Shown piece by piece: positions 12,621 through 25,685 of a DNA stretch of 64,000 bases (positions are counted from its first letter, which is position 1; each line of letters opens with the position of its first letter). Origin of the DNA: Octopus sinensis (Eukaryota); NCBI RefSeq assembly GCF_006345805.1, contig NC_043005.1:107632001-107696000 (forward strand). Direction: 5' to 3'. The notes under the pieces were generated by a model. The model was not told where the DNA came from, did no database searches, and saw only the letters and a program-made list of their open reading frames with translations. A program made the position numbers and the translations under genes.

Positions 12621-13519
12621 CTATAAACGTATATGAATGTATAAATATATGCATATGTGTGAGCAATTTTACTATTACATATGTGTAATTCCTGTATGAA
12701 TTATGATCCATTCATGTATATATTTGTGTGTATACATATGCGGTTTTGTGTGGATATATATATATGTGTTTCTCCACATTTATCGTGCCTCCATTAATCT
12801 GCAAATATTTTGATATTTAGAACGTTTAAGGTGCGTGTCATAATTTGGCTTTTACAGAATGAATTTTCCATTTGTTAGCAGAACAACAAAACATATGGAG
12901 AAGCCAGAAAAATACCAAAAAAAAAAAAAAGAATCTACAAGGAAAAATGTTTATGTATATATTTGACTCTAGTATCAATCTCCTAAATTCCAAATATTAA
13001 AACTTATAATAAATTGTTTCATTATTTTGTCTGCTAGTGCCAAAGAAGCATGAAATTATTTGATATTAGTCAAGTGTTTGCTTCCATTTGTTTCAGTTCC
13101 TGCAATGGTGCTGTTTGAGAAACGTCTGAGTCAGATTATTATCAATGATATTGCTTTGTTAATAAAAATGAAAATTTATTGCCAAAATGCTAAATTTGGT
13201 AAAAAAAAAAAAAAACAGAAAGAAAAAAAGACAAAAAAAAGAGAACGGAAAACAACATCCCATAGGGAAGCACAATAAGAGAAAATAATAAAATTTGTTA
13301 CACACATACATATATATATATATGTATGTATATATGTGTGTGTGTGCGTGTGTTCTATATTGGATGACAAGATTATATTGGATGCAAGAGATTTGTAATT
13401 GTTTGAATATTACAAATGTATTTGATGATGAATAAACTGGTGAGATTGTCGTATTAAATGATGACAGACACTATTTGCTGATTAGATAGACATGACCTGT
13501 AGTTATAGTTATAGACTGT

Positions 13520-13588
<69 letters not shown>

Positions 13589-14236
13589 CATACATATATA
13601 TACACATAGTCGTATGCATATTGTATTTGATGCTGACTGTACAGATTTATAGTACCTAATACACATGTACACAAGCATTGATATGTATATGTATGTGTAT
13701 ATACATGTATGTATGTATGTATATATGTATGTGTGTATATGAATACATATATGCATGAGTATAATATTGTCGATCAAAACCCGGATCAGGAAAGGCCGGA
13801 AATATTAACAGAGTAGACATAACATACAACCCTTAGAAATTGTCTCATCGAAAGTTGGTGGCGTTTCTATTATCAAAGATTATATACTGATGATCATAAG
13901 TTTGGATAATATAGTGTGAAGAGAAAAGGAACCAGACGTTTCGAGAATTACCCTTCATCGAAGAGAAAAATTATTTTTCTGTCCCGCTAAAGATGAAGCA
14001 TTACGGAGTGGATTTAGGCCGGCAAGTTTTGTATACTTAATCGATGTTTTGTTAGCTGTCAATTTTGTGTTTAAAATATCTTGCTGGATCTCAAGAATAA
14101 AAACTGTCTAAAATGAGTTTTTCTAAGATATTTCATTTGAATATTGACTTATTTTAGAGTGATTGATGACAAAAGTAAACTTGTCTGTTTCAGAGTATCT
14201 AGGATCACATTATACAATCTGTCTTATTTTCTTTAA

Positions 14237-14780
14237 GGCTTTACAAGGAATGCTTTGAAAGAGGGTGATTTGACTGATTTCCTTAACAGATTGAGACACT
14301 ATACAGACATCGCTATTGCCTTGTTTCCTTCACGTAAAATCTAGAGGAGGATGATTTATCAATTCCGTTAGAAAAATCACAGTAGTAGTGATGATGATAT
14401 GAGGTGTAGAGTAAAGTATAAGGTGGACTGTGTTGAATACATTTTGGAATTTGCTGTTTTATAGGAGTGAATGTAGTTACAGTGAGGATAAAAAACAACG
14501 TAGTTATGACCTACAAACTGCAGTGAATGTTAGAATCTTGAGTATTTGACCATATGAATAGATAGTAGCTACATGTGTTCAATAATGTTTGTGTGCTTAG
14601 TAACAACACTGACCAGAATATATGTCCATTTCTTCAACCTCGGTCATATTTGAGCTTTGATGACATTCAATATTTCTTCACTGTAGTGATATTTGCCTGA
14701 ATACTGCATCAAATATCTAGATCTCAGTATCAGCCATGCAAGTTAAATATGAAACTTCATCAATAGTTGTGCATTGTTCA
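14237..14780 (+). pseudogene. possible coding remnant with LRR-like patches
   Basis: Acceptor-like TTTTCTTTAAG then FTRNALKEGDLTDFLNRLRHYTDIAIALFPS; later NLEYLTI and CIKYLDLSISH; many stops. Confidence 0.25.
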
Positions 14781-15599
14781 CTGCATAAAAGGACATTAAT
14801 GCAACACTTACACGTAGTAATTTTTTAGTTGGTGTTACAGGCAACTATTTTGGCAGAGGTTTCAGGTATATGTTATGGAAGTTCACGTATCTGGCAAACT
14901 GTTTTCCTTATCTGTTGACGTCAACTTTGTAAGAATATACCGTTAAGACGGCGTAAAGAGAAATATATATCATTTGCTTAGTATGTATAATGAAATGTAA
15001 TAGAAAATTTATAATTGGTGTAGGTAACATATCTTAATCCCTGAACAACACCAACGTGAATTGGATATGTGGGAAAATGACCACTACCAAAAGGAAAAAC
15101 TAAAACAATTGGCATGGTCTTATTGTAAACATCCACGCCATTAAATAAAAGATATGCGGAACAGCCGCTTGTAGAGGGACTAACATTAGCTAAGATATTC
15201 TCGAAGCGACATCGGCCAAAAGCTTATGCTAAATGCAACAGTATGCTGGGCCACCATGACCACACCATTGTCTAATATACGTGAAAGATGAATACTTTGA
15301 AGAATATATGATCTGGTACAGTTTGATGGAAAAAGAAAGAAAACTGCCAAGAGTTACCATCACTTTAAATCAAGGCATGATTGGAGAAAATCATGTATCA
15401 TGCACTTGATAATACATCAAAACCTATGTATATAACTGTACATGCGCATGGAAGTGGGATTCCCTGAAGGATCTCAAGAGTTATGTTAATTGACAGGATG
15501 CTTAGCTTGGAGATTAGTGATTCTCTCCAGGTAGAGCCGCACCTTCCCTTCATTGAGAAGCCATGAGGGACCACAGTTTCGTTACTACGGAGATAAAAT

Positions 15600-15810
15600 T
15601 AGATTGCTGTCGGAAAGAATCACAAGGTAGAATTTTTCAAGGTGAGCCAACTGGCAAGGTAAATCTAGAACAAGATGGTTGGAAAATATCCATAGCCTCA
15701 GTTGGTCACGCTTAGGGATCCAGCTGGAAAATGTAATAAAGGTTACTTTAGATAGACCCTCTGGAGGAGATGCCTGAAGGCTCCGGTAGTATGACACTTC
15801 GAGGAATAAT
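15600..15810 (+). mobile_element. RTE-like LINE 3' end remnant
   Basis: GKSRTRWLENIHSLSWSRLGIQLENVIKVTLDR at 15658 matches the RTE C-terminal GRPRxRWxD...DRxxWR pattern. Confidence 0.65.
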
Positions 15811-16504
15811 GAGTAGAGAATCTACAAGCAGATGTACATGTCTATGTTTTTTTTCTTATTTATAAGCGACCCCGTTAAATGTGTCTATATTTCCACATAT
15901 GTGAACCCGTGTTTATAAGCGCGTTACTGTGATCCAGGTCAACATTGTATAATAAGCGTATCCAAACTGATATTGGTGACATGCTGTCACAAATATAATA
16001 AAGAGAGGTACAATAAATCCACCTTTCTCTTGCTCCATAACAGACAATAATTTTTCTACTACCTCCCCTATCTTACACACAGCTATCTTTCCTTCTCTTC
16101 TTATTCCAAAAGCTGTAAACATTCCACATGCTGGATTCGGAAGGAATCATCTACAGACATCTACTGGGAATAGCCACGCTTACCATCATTCTCCCTGTAA
16201 TCTAACAAATGATTTTGGTACTTGGAATGCTTCCCATCAAATTTAAGATCGCACTTTTCTTGCCGCCTACTCACGTATAATTTCTTTGCCTATTCAAACT
16301 GTAAAACTACATTTTCCTCGGGATTTTCTGCATAACCTGAGCGGGGATTTGGTCTGCGTTGTTATCTCTTAATTTGACTTCATGTAATGTATTACGTTTT
16401 CTGATCTGTGGCCAATGGCTTTCTTGCCTTCGTATTTCCTGCTCTACGTGGTAGTATGTTATGGTGGTAGTATGTTATGGAATTCATATATGTATGTGTG
16501 TATT

Positions 16505-16568
<64 letters not shown>

Positions 16569-16600
16569 TGCATGTATGTATGTATGTATCTATCTATCAA

Positions 16601-16675
<75 letters not shown>

Positions 16676-16939
16676 GAAATACACGCACACACATATACGT
16701 ACATGCATAAGACATTCATATTACATATATATACATAATATATATATATATGTGTGTGTGTGCGAATATGTGTGTGGATATATTTGTATGTACGTATGTA
16801 GATATGCGTGAGTCTATTTGTTTGTAAGTATGTTTTGACGTATAGAGTGAGAGAAGCTAAATAGTATATCGTGATAAGTATCTAAATATAATATTAATAA
16901 TACAAAATGCAGACCATAATTGAGAATTGTAATTTTGAA

Positions 16940-17690
16940 TTTTTCGCTTTCATGTAATATTACGAAATATTCATAGATTTTATCACATGCTATGACTTAG
17001 ATATCAAATGAATCGCTGATACCTTTCACTGTATTATCAAATTAAATGTGGAGTATGAGAGATAACCTCTCTCAATCACAAATGAATTTTTACACCTTGT
17101 GAATTAATAACGGACTCCATTACGATATTGTGACTGACACATTTCGTTTAGTATTGTTTTTGTGTTTTCTTTTCCCAAATTTGGCACCTTAGAATTTCGA
17201 TTAACTCTATATAGTGCTAATTCTGCTATTTAATGATGTCTTTTATATAAAATCTGATTTCAAATTGACTTTAATTCTGTCTGATTTCTCCATCTCAATT
17301 GCAAGTTAATATGATATATACGATTGCTACATGACTGCTACATTATTGTAAACACCGCTGGCAGTAGTTCATTGTTTACCACAGTGCAATACATATTCAC
17401 AGTTGGATTGTTGTTTAATGCGTTTAACCCTGAGTTTTCTCTAATCAAGCTGAGCTATGCTGGTCTTGCACGGAGTATTTGCATTTCTTTCGGATATAAT
17501 GAATCTCATACGGCATTATCTAATCTAGGTTTTCTTTCTTTGTCAAATGAAGAGTGAGATTTGAGCATCGATGTTTGTTGCCACAAGCAGTTATTCGCCT
17601 TCTTCGTATAGTTTGTTCTCCTACACAGATTAGCGCTGAGTGTAAGAATTTATGATCAATGTTACTCCATTCATCAGTTATCGGTCTATT
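16940..17690 (+). pseudogene. degenerate LRR-coding remnant
   Basis: ORF 17324-17557 ends HTALSNLGFLSLSNEE; ADTFHCIIKLNV and NEFLHLVN lie upstream. Confidence 0.35.
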
Positions 17691-17929
17691 TTCATATGCG
17701 TTTATATGTGTGTGTGTGTGTGTGTAAGTATGCATATATAAAAAATAAATATATATATACGCACAATATATATATGTGTGTGTTTGTGTATTATATATAC
17801 ACACATATATATATATATACATATATACACATTCACACCCACATATATAGATATGTATATATACATACATATATATATGTACACACACAAACACACATAC
17901 ATATATATATATATATCTGTTTTTAAAAA

Positions 17930-18180
17930 AAAATTTTCCTCCTTTTTTACAACTTCCGTCTTTTCAGTATGTGACCTCGTGAAGACTACCTGCAATTTTT
18001 TTTTTTTTCCTCTGTCCTCCCGTCTCGGGATCTTTCTTTCTCCTATGTTTCCGATGAAGAGCTCCGCTCGAAACGTCATACCCTCCTTCTTCCATTTTCC
18101 TGAGCGCCTAATAATAATAATACTGTAATTGTTCCACGTGTTGTTGTTTTTTCTGTTTTCCCGTTTGGATTAACCTTATA
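17930..18180 (+). mobile_element. PLE pLTR fragment with hammerhead-like motif
   Basis: CCGAUGA-A-GAGC-UCC-GCUC-GAAA-CGUC at 18051-18077. Confidence 0.6.
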
Positions 18181-18374
18181 TATACATATATATATAGGCG
18201 TATATACCGGCGCGCTTCGCTTTATGTCGGCCAAACAGAAAGCATCGGTCAACAAATGTTGTAAAGGCTATGGGTTTTCATTGAAGCGGAAACTGAAAAC
18301 TTCTTTCATGACTCTTGTTTCACGCCTGATGGGTGAAATACGTTTTGCAACTCACCTATCAGTTTTAGTTTCAG

Positions 18375-18438
<64 letters not shown>

Positions 18439-18754
18439 AAACAAACTTTTGGGCTTTGTATTTGGAAGCGTCGAATGTGTATCATATCATATAGACAAGA
18501 AAGTAATATCTTGAACGCAGTTTATTTTGAATGCCGTGAAAACAAAAGAAAGATTACGTATTTTATCCTTATACGGCGTCAAAAAATTTGCCAGTTGACA
18601 GCCAAGTGACTCAAACCCGCACCTCCAGATACCGGTTGATTACTTTACCGATATGATAAACATTCGACGCTTCTAAATATACAAAAACCTCTAGTTTACA
18701 TATTTTGTGGCATTTCAAATGAAGCTACGTATTGAGCGTTTAATTTGGCGGAAA

Positions 18755-18820
18755 TTGTCAGCAGGCAGTTTAACTCAATTGGTAGACTGCTCAGATGTGT
18801 GGGTTCGAGTTCAGACAACG
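18755..18820 (+). mobile_element. tRNA-like SINE head fragment
   Basis: A-box-like TAACTCAATTGGTAG and B-box-like GGTTCGAGTTC; no acceptor stem. Confidence 0.45.
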
Positions 18821-18869
18821 TCTTCCATCATATAAGGGTAAAACGCCCATTTTTTCTGTTGTTTTTACG

Positions 18870-19640
18870 ACTATACACCTCCTTGACTGACGACCACAAC
18901 AAATAAATCTGACATCTATTTTCGTACATTGTGCAGCTGCGCGTACGATAACTATGGCAGCATCTGGCAATACAAGCCTCCCTCAGACCCAGGCATCCTC
19001 TGCCTGCCACCGTCTGTCACTCAGTCGCTTTCAAGCATCAGTTGCATGTGGATTTATTTACAACTGAATCTGCAAAACCCCTAAAATGACTGGTAAAAAG
19101 AAAATGCTTTCATCTATAGATGTAGCAGTCAAGGAAGGCTATTCATTTAGACTGTACATACACCAATACGAAAAAGGGTGACAAGATTCAAAGCTTTTAA
19201 TAATAGGTTAACTTTGCTGCTTGGTGGTGATGCCGCAGTTTTTAAGCTGAAGGCTTTTCTTACCTATGATTCGGAAAACATACACTGCCCGTTTACTCCC
19301 GTTCAAACCGTGACTCAAGCACCAGACTCGAAGACTGGTTCATGAACTGCTTCATTCTCCAGGATCGTGAATATTGTGCGGAGAGAGGTGTCTTTTCAAG
19401 AATTTAATGATTACGGACTAGACATTGACTTTAGATTGCATTCTTGTTTGCAATACAATGGAGTAGATATGTATTTTTCATATTATGTACAATAATTATG
19501 GATTAAATTTTTGCGTTTTATATATTTTTGTAACCCGTTTGAATGAAAGTAATGTTGAAAAATATAAACCTGACTTACGACCAGATTGACTTACGACCTG
19601 TCAGTCGGAACGGAATTCGGTAAAATATCGAGGTGTGCTA
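18870..19640 (+). mobile_element. Tigger/pogo-like DNA transposon remnant, internally deleted
   Basis: KRVTRFKAFNNRLTLLLGGDAAVFKLKAFLTYDSEN (cf. FKASKDRLTLLLGANAAGDFKLKP); 3' terminus GACTTACGAC...TCGAGGTGTGCTA; left end approximate. Confidence 0.75.
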
Positions 19641-19673
19641 CGTTCGAAATATTACTTTCTTGTTTGTGCGCGT

Positions 19674-19739
<66 letters not shown>

Positions 19740-19759
19740 ATATATATATGATGCTTCCT

Positions 19760-20480
19760 TATTACTTTTTTTCCCAAATTTATCTGGACCACACTAGTTC
19801 TTTAGCTGAACTACTTTACCTCTACTACAGCTGAGATGTAATCCACTGACTTGTCCTAATTCATTAAGTACCCCAGTTATCCCCTTAAGTGTGGTACTGA
19901 ACAACTCTATTTTTGATGTTTCGATACCATGATAATGACATCGTATAGTCACGGCTCTTCTACATTCCAATTTTATACACCTTGATACTTTCAGCTTCCG
20001 CAATGAAGTAAAATTGTATCTGCTAATGTTCGAATCCATCAAACGTCTTGGAAAAATGAAGATTAATCAACGCTATAGCAGAGCTAGATGCAGTTCTCGC
20101 TTTCTTTACGGTACATCGCATAAAACAAGATTGTCCAATGTATTTCTGCAGAGTCTTATAAGTGCCAGTGTAAAAACCTTTGCTTGTGCTATGATAAAAG
20201 TCATTAACTTTGATTTCAGGACATTTGAGCATTAACTTGGTCTGCTATCAATACTGATAGACTTCTACTAAAGGAAGGATGAATAATTCCGATTGAAGGA
20301 GAGAACTAAATCAGTACAAATGCACATAGAGTCCTCAATTTCAAACACATGAATCCCATTTCATAATAACTCCACCTCTTCTAATATGACATCTGTCAAA
20401 CAGTTTAAAATGGCATGACTCCTCCAGGCTATTTGGCAAACTACCACACATTTTTAGTAATCTCGTACCCTAATATATAT
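19760..20480 (-). mobile_element. Tx1/L1-like LINE RT remnant
   Basis: AIALINLHFSKTFDGFEH (cf. AALINLDQSKAFDRVDH), GIIHPSFSRSLSVL, LRKL...YDVIIMVS...DKSV. Confidence 0.6.
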
Positions 20481-21544
20481 TTACATGAGCTTTGATAATT
20501 CATTTTAGATTACCAAGCTAATACAGTCCTTCTATGTACCGTAAATACAATGCACAACTTTTCGTGATTGAGACTTTGCCTCTGAGTGTCCTATCTAAAC
20601 TGGGCGCACAGAACCAACACAAAAAGTTCTGATTATCCTTATTCACTTACCCATAAAATACGTTAAATAATTTCAATCTCGAAGAAAATTTGCGATTTGA
20701 AAATTCTCAATGTCGCATTCGGTAATTTACGTAATTGCAAACAAGTAAACAAAATTAAACAATTCTTGGATCCTTTTCTCATAATCGCTAGTGTTATCCA
20801 TTACCAAAGTGCACCTATGATATATTTACACATATATTATATTACATTTCATATATACGAATTCACAGATTGTAACCAACCCGTGCTGCTATCTTCTTTG
20901 ACTATTGCACAACTCAATTTAGTGAGATTCTAACACGTACAACAGACTATCCACCTACTCAGCCACTAGCATATTTTATAAATAAAATTATAAAAATGCA
21001 GAAAGATACAAGATACAAGATGTTGATGTATATCTCTTAGCGCTTTCAAGTTTGAATGTTGTCGGTGAAAACCATTACACCATTGATGTAATGAACAACT
21101 TATTGTAAATCATGTTATAATAACAGAAGACAGATAGAGAAATGGAGAAAGAGTGCCAGGAATAGGGGGGGGCAAGAAAAGCATAAGGAGGAGAGTGTAA
21201 TAGAAAGTCGGAGTGTAATATAACATATCTCTGTGTATGTGTGTGTGAGTAAACAAATAAATAAATAGAGAGAGAGAGAGAAGGGGAAAAGATGGTGACA
21301 ACGGTTAGATGTTTTGTTGAGTTGAAAGGAGAAATCAACCACTTAAACAAATTATATTCCGACTTTATTTTACTTCCTTGCTTGAGATATAAAATCATAA
21401 TATTGTACATTAAGTAGATCATAGACATAGCAAAGCATTACATGAGACAAAATTGAGAATTAAAGTAGCTGAAAAGCAAGCAAATCCCTTAAGTCAGTAA
21501 TTGGGAAAACACACATAGTCGAGAACATCCCTCGCACTGCTAGT

Positions 21545-21660
21545 AACTGCAGAGATTTCTAAGCCAGTCAAAGAAAAAAATATAAAACTAAGTACATGGA
21601 GAGGCAGTATAGGGACATAACTGCAGTTTATTGCAAGCGCGGTCTGCAATGTAGATGAAA
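21545..21660 (+). pseudogene. possible degenerate TIR-domain segment
   Basis: RDF*ASQRKKYKTKYMERQYRDITAVYCKRGLQCR* keeps the TIR spacing RDF(1-3)...R21...V26...W36, with TGA at the Trp position. Confidence 0.3.
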
Positions 21661-22025
21661 GAATAAAATTACTTTGGTGTGAGCAAAAAGTCAAGCAACC
21701 AGCTTCTATTTACTGTAAACACGGCATAAATAAACATGGATTGACCGATTTAGAAACTGAACTAAAATCCGTTTCGCATATCGACACGTTCTGCATCACA
21801 GGTAGTTAACTGAGGCAGTGAACATACTACGAACGAGAAGCCTAACCCAGCGGCTTACCTCAGCCGAAAAGACCGGTGGGGTAACAATACGTTTACCAAT
21901 ACAACAAGATATGAAAAGCACCAATACAACACACCAAACAAATGGTAAATCTACACGGATCATCATAACAGAAACATCATTATACGCCTGTGTATATATA
22001 CATATACATACACACACATGCATAA

Positions 22026-22084
<59 letters not shown>

Positions 22085-22225
22085 GTATGCTCGTATCCTT
22101 GTATCATTGAGTGTATACACACACACACAACACACACGCACATATAACAAGCAAGTAGCCAAATCTCTGTAAGAGATAAAAGTAGTAACTATTCTAGGAA
22201 TTAATATTTATCGCCACATCAATAT

Positions 22226-22458
22226 GGGTGTTCCATAGAAATCGACGTTACTGCAGTTTTTAACCCTAGGCGGAGCTTCCTCCAGCGAGTTATCCAAGCA
22301 ATTTGCACCCGATATATTTTGCAAGAAGGGGAGCGAACACCTACCATCGTCTAGTTCCCTCTGTTTGCAATATATATTGGGGCAAATTGTATCAATTTCT
22401 AGCTGAAGGATGGTCCCGGGGTTAAAACCGTAGTAATGTCGATTCCTATAGAACAGCC
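22226..22458. mobile_element. MITE with long imperfect terminal inverted repeats
   Basis: GGGTGTTCCATAGAAATCGACGTTACTGCAGTTTTTAACCCTAGG vs reverse complement of the right end GGCTGTTCTATAGGAATCGACATTACTACGGTTTTAACCCCGGG; inner arms also pair. Confidence 0.85.
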
Positions 22459-22499
22459 TTATTTATGTGACGACCAACATTACTAATATATATTCTCTC

Positions 22500-22584
22500 T
22501 TTCTCTTTTACTTGTTTCAGTCATTCGACTGCGGCCATGCTGGAGCACCGCCTTTAGTCGAGCAAATCGACCCCGGGACTTATT
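22500..22584 (-). mobile_element. SINE family A 3'-tail duplicate
   Basis: near-identical to 22758-22837; separated from it by (ATGT)n. Confidence 0.85.
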
Positions 22585-22749
22585 GTATGTATGTATATAT
22601 GTATGTATGCATGTATGTATGCATGTATGTATGTATGCATGCATGTATGTATGTATGTATGTATGTGTATGTATGTATGTATGTATGCATGTATGTATGT
22701 ATGTATGTATGTATGTATGTATGTATGTATGTATGTATGTATGTATACT

Positions 22750-23158
22750 ATTTTACTCCTTTACTTGTTTCAGTCATTCGACTGCGGCCATGCTGGAGCA
22801 CCGCCTTTAGTCGAGCAAATCGACCCTGGGACTTATTCTTTGTAAGCCCAGTACTTATTCTATCGGTCTCTTTTGCCGAATCGCTAAGTGACCGGGACGT
22901 AAACACACCAGCATCGGTTGTCAAGCAATGCTAGGGGGACAAACACAGACACACAAACACACACACACACACACATATATATGTATACATATATACGACA
23001 GGCTTCTTTCAGTTTCCGTCTACCAAATCCACTCACAAGGCATTGGTCGGCCCGGGGCTATAGCAGAAGACACTTGCCCAAGATGCCACGCAGTGGGACT
23101 GAACCCGGAACCATGTGGTTGGTCAGCAAGCTACTTACCACAAAGCCACTCCTGCACC
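22750..23158 (-). mobile_element. tRNA-derived SINE family A (octopus OR-like, CORE-like block), full length
   Basis: Head GGTGCAGGAGTGGCTTTGTGGTAAG, B-box GGTTCAGTCC, CTTGGGCAAGTGTC, internal (TA)/(GT) tract, tail TGACTGAAACAAGTAAAGGAG. Confidence 0.95.
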
Positions 23159-23185
23159 TATATATAATAGTGTAATATATATATA

Positions 23186-23229
<44 letters not shown>

Positions 23230-23329
23230 TATAATATAATATATATATATATATAATATATATATATATATAATATATATATATATAATAATATATATAT
23301 ATAATATATATATAATAGTGTAATAAATA

Positions 23330-23760
23330 AAATATATGCATACATACAAACATATATGTACGTACCTACATCTACATGTATATATACATGCATATATAAA
23401 TAAATATACGTGTGTACAGGACACCACAAATAGACGTAGAACTCAACGAGAAATGAAAAATTAAATACAGCATGGAACGGACCATTGCTTTAACAACGAA
23501 AAAACAGAGTACAAGACAACTACACAAGGAAAAATCCCCTTCATCAGCTGTCCCTAGTTCAACTCCAGCGTGTCTCCAAGGTGAGGACAGAACACGTCTC
23601 GTCGAACAAGTCCTTCCTGCGAAAGAATTAAATAAAATTCCTTTGCAGAGGGGTAAAAACAAGGAAAAAATGTGACAAAAACAGGTCGTAAAAACAATAC
23701 AATTAAAAACAAATACAAAATAAAAATACAATTACAAAAAATACAGTACAAGAAGGAATA
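23330..23760 (-). mobile_element. PLE pLTR-like fragment, same family as 7070-7800
   Basis: CAGCTGATGAAGGGGATTTTTCCTTGTG and a shared GTAGGTACGTACATATATG tail. Confidence 0.7.
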
Positions 23761-23999
23761 GAAACAGAACAGGAAAACAAATAATGAGGGCCTATAAGAC
23801 TAGACGAGGAAAAAATTTTTCACGAGCGCAGGAAGAAACATGTTAACTTGAAGGCCGCCATATATATATATATATGAATAATCACAGACGATGGATAATT
23901 GTCAGCTCATTACAATTGTTTCTTACACATCTTTTTAATAGAAGAATGAGAACATTATTCCAGTACAAAAAACCGTAATTATCAAATGAAATGTCAAAC

Positions 24000-24500
24000 A
24001 AAAGAAATATCCCTAGAATACAGCAGGGACATGGCTGAAGTCTGTCGAGGCCAACTATGAAATGGGAGAATAACCAACAAAGTTGGCCGTTGAGGTTAAG
24101 TATATAGTTCTTAAAAGTGTGTAATATGATATCTAAGGTCAGCGACCGGATGAGATAAGAGATTGCTAGACTGGTTCTTAGGTAGGCTGGAGTGGGGTGT
24201 AGGTGATATTTTATAATAGTAGGCTTAGAGCGGTGGGTAGCTGGGAAAGAACCTGAGAAATTAAGGATAAAGAATGAAGAATAAAGTTAGCAAAATGTAA
24301 AAGAGAAGAAAAATAAAGAAAACTAAATGCATGGAGGCCAATTGAGCATGTGGTTGGGGTTAAAGATTCGCTAGCTAAGCTTCTCATTCTTCTATTTAAA
24401 AATGCGTAAGAAAGAAGCTGTAATGGGCTGACAATTATCCATCCCCTGGTATTATTCATTTGATTATAATTCATCAAGAGGATTTACGACTTTTCGGACA
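24000..24500 (-). mobile_element. possible Penelope/Poseidon-type RT remnant
   Basis: IPGDG*LSAH (cf. PGRPIVS), LL*NI (cf. LYTNI), LTLDIILHTFKNYILNLNGQL. Confidence 0.35.
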
Positions 24501-24726
24501 CCCTAGAGTATACCAGCCCCTAGGTGGTGCTAAATACTCGTAGGGTTGGTTTTCTATGAGTACACAACGGGGATAGACTATTTGATGGTTATCAGCCATA
24601 GGCCGAGACTTCAGGTTTATCCAACCATACTTGGTGCATATCTTTTCAAGTACTTGATTCTATCAGAACCCTTAATATACCATCTCTCTCTCTCCTTCTC
24701 TGTAAATATATATGTGTATATATATT

Positions 24727-25052
<326 letters not shown>

Positions 25053-25472
25053 ATATATATAAATATATATGAACAGACGAACGCATATTTACACAAGGAT
25101 GTGTTGGTGTATAGGTAAGTCTATACATATGCATCTTTGCACAAAGATGAGATAGCAAGATATATAGCTATATACACATTTACGTATAGATATATATATA
25201 GAGAGAGATATAGATATGCCTAAATACTAAACTGAATAGCAGAAAACATCGCACATATTCGCGTGTGCACCGACATAATCACGTACAAAAGCAAGTACAC
25301 AGCCCACGATTACCCTAAAGGTAATTTCATTGAAAAACATAAGAACGTGGCACTAAATGCAAAGGTTTGAATAGATGCTCATGTGAACGATAGAATCATT
25401 GTTTAGAGGTGTCTCAAAGAGTGATCTTTGTTTCTAGTGGTGAGAATGACAAAGCAGTATGGAGGATTTCAA

Positions 25473-25685
25473 GGCGGCGAGTTGGCAGAAACGTTAGCAC
25501 GCCGGGCGAAATGCTTAGCAGTAATTTCTCTGGCGCTACGTTCTGCGCCGAGGTCGACTTTGCCTTTCATCCTTTCGGCGTCGATAAATTAAATACCAGT
25601 TACGCACTGTAATCGACTTGATCCGCTTGTATGTCCTTGTTTGTCTCTTCTATGTTTAGCCCCTTGTGGGCAATAAAGAAATAAG
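25473..25685 (+). mobile_element. tRNA-derived SINE family B
   Basis: GGCGGCGAGTTGGCAGAAACGTTAGCACGCCGGGCG...GCCGAGGTCGACTTTGCCTTTCATCC...GCCCCTTGTGGGCAATAAAGAAAT. Confidence 0.9.

Noticed and set aside
15040-15400. possible L1/Tx1 RT C-terminal remnant
   Set aside because: Similarity by eye (LMLNATV..., TITLNQG) is too weak to list as a feature.
18755-18820. possible tRNA gene
   Set aside because: A/B boxes only, no cloverleaf; treated as a SINE head.
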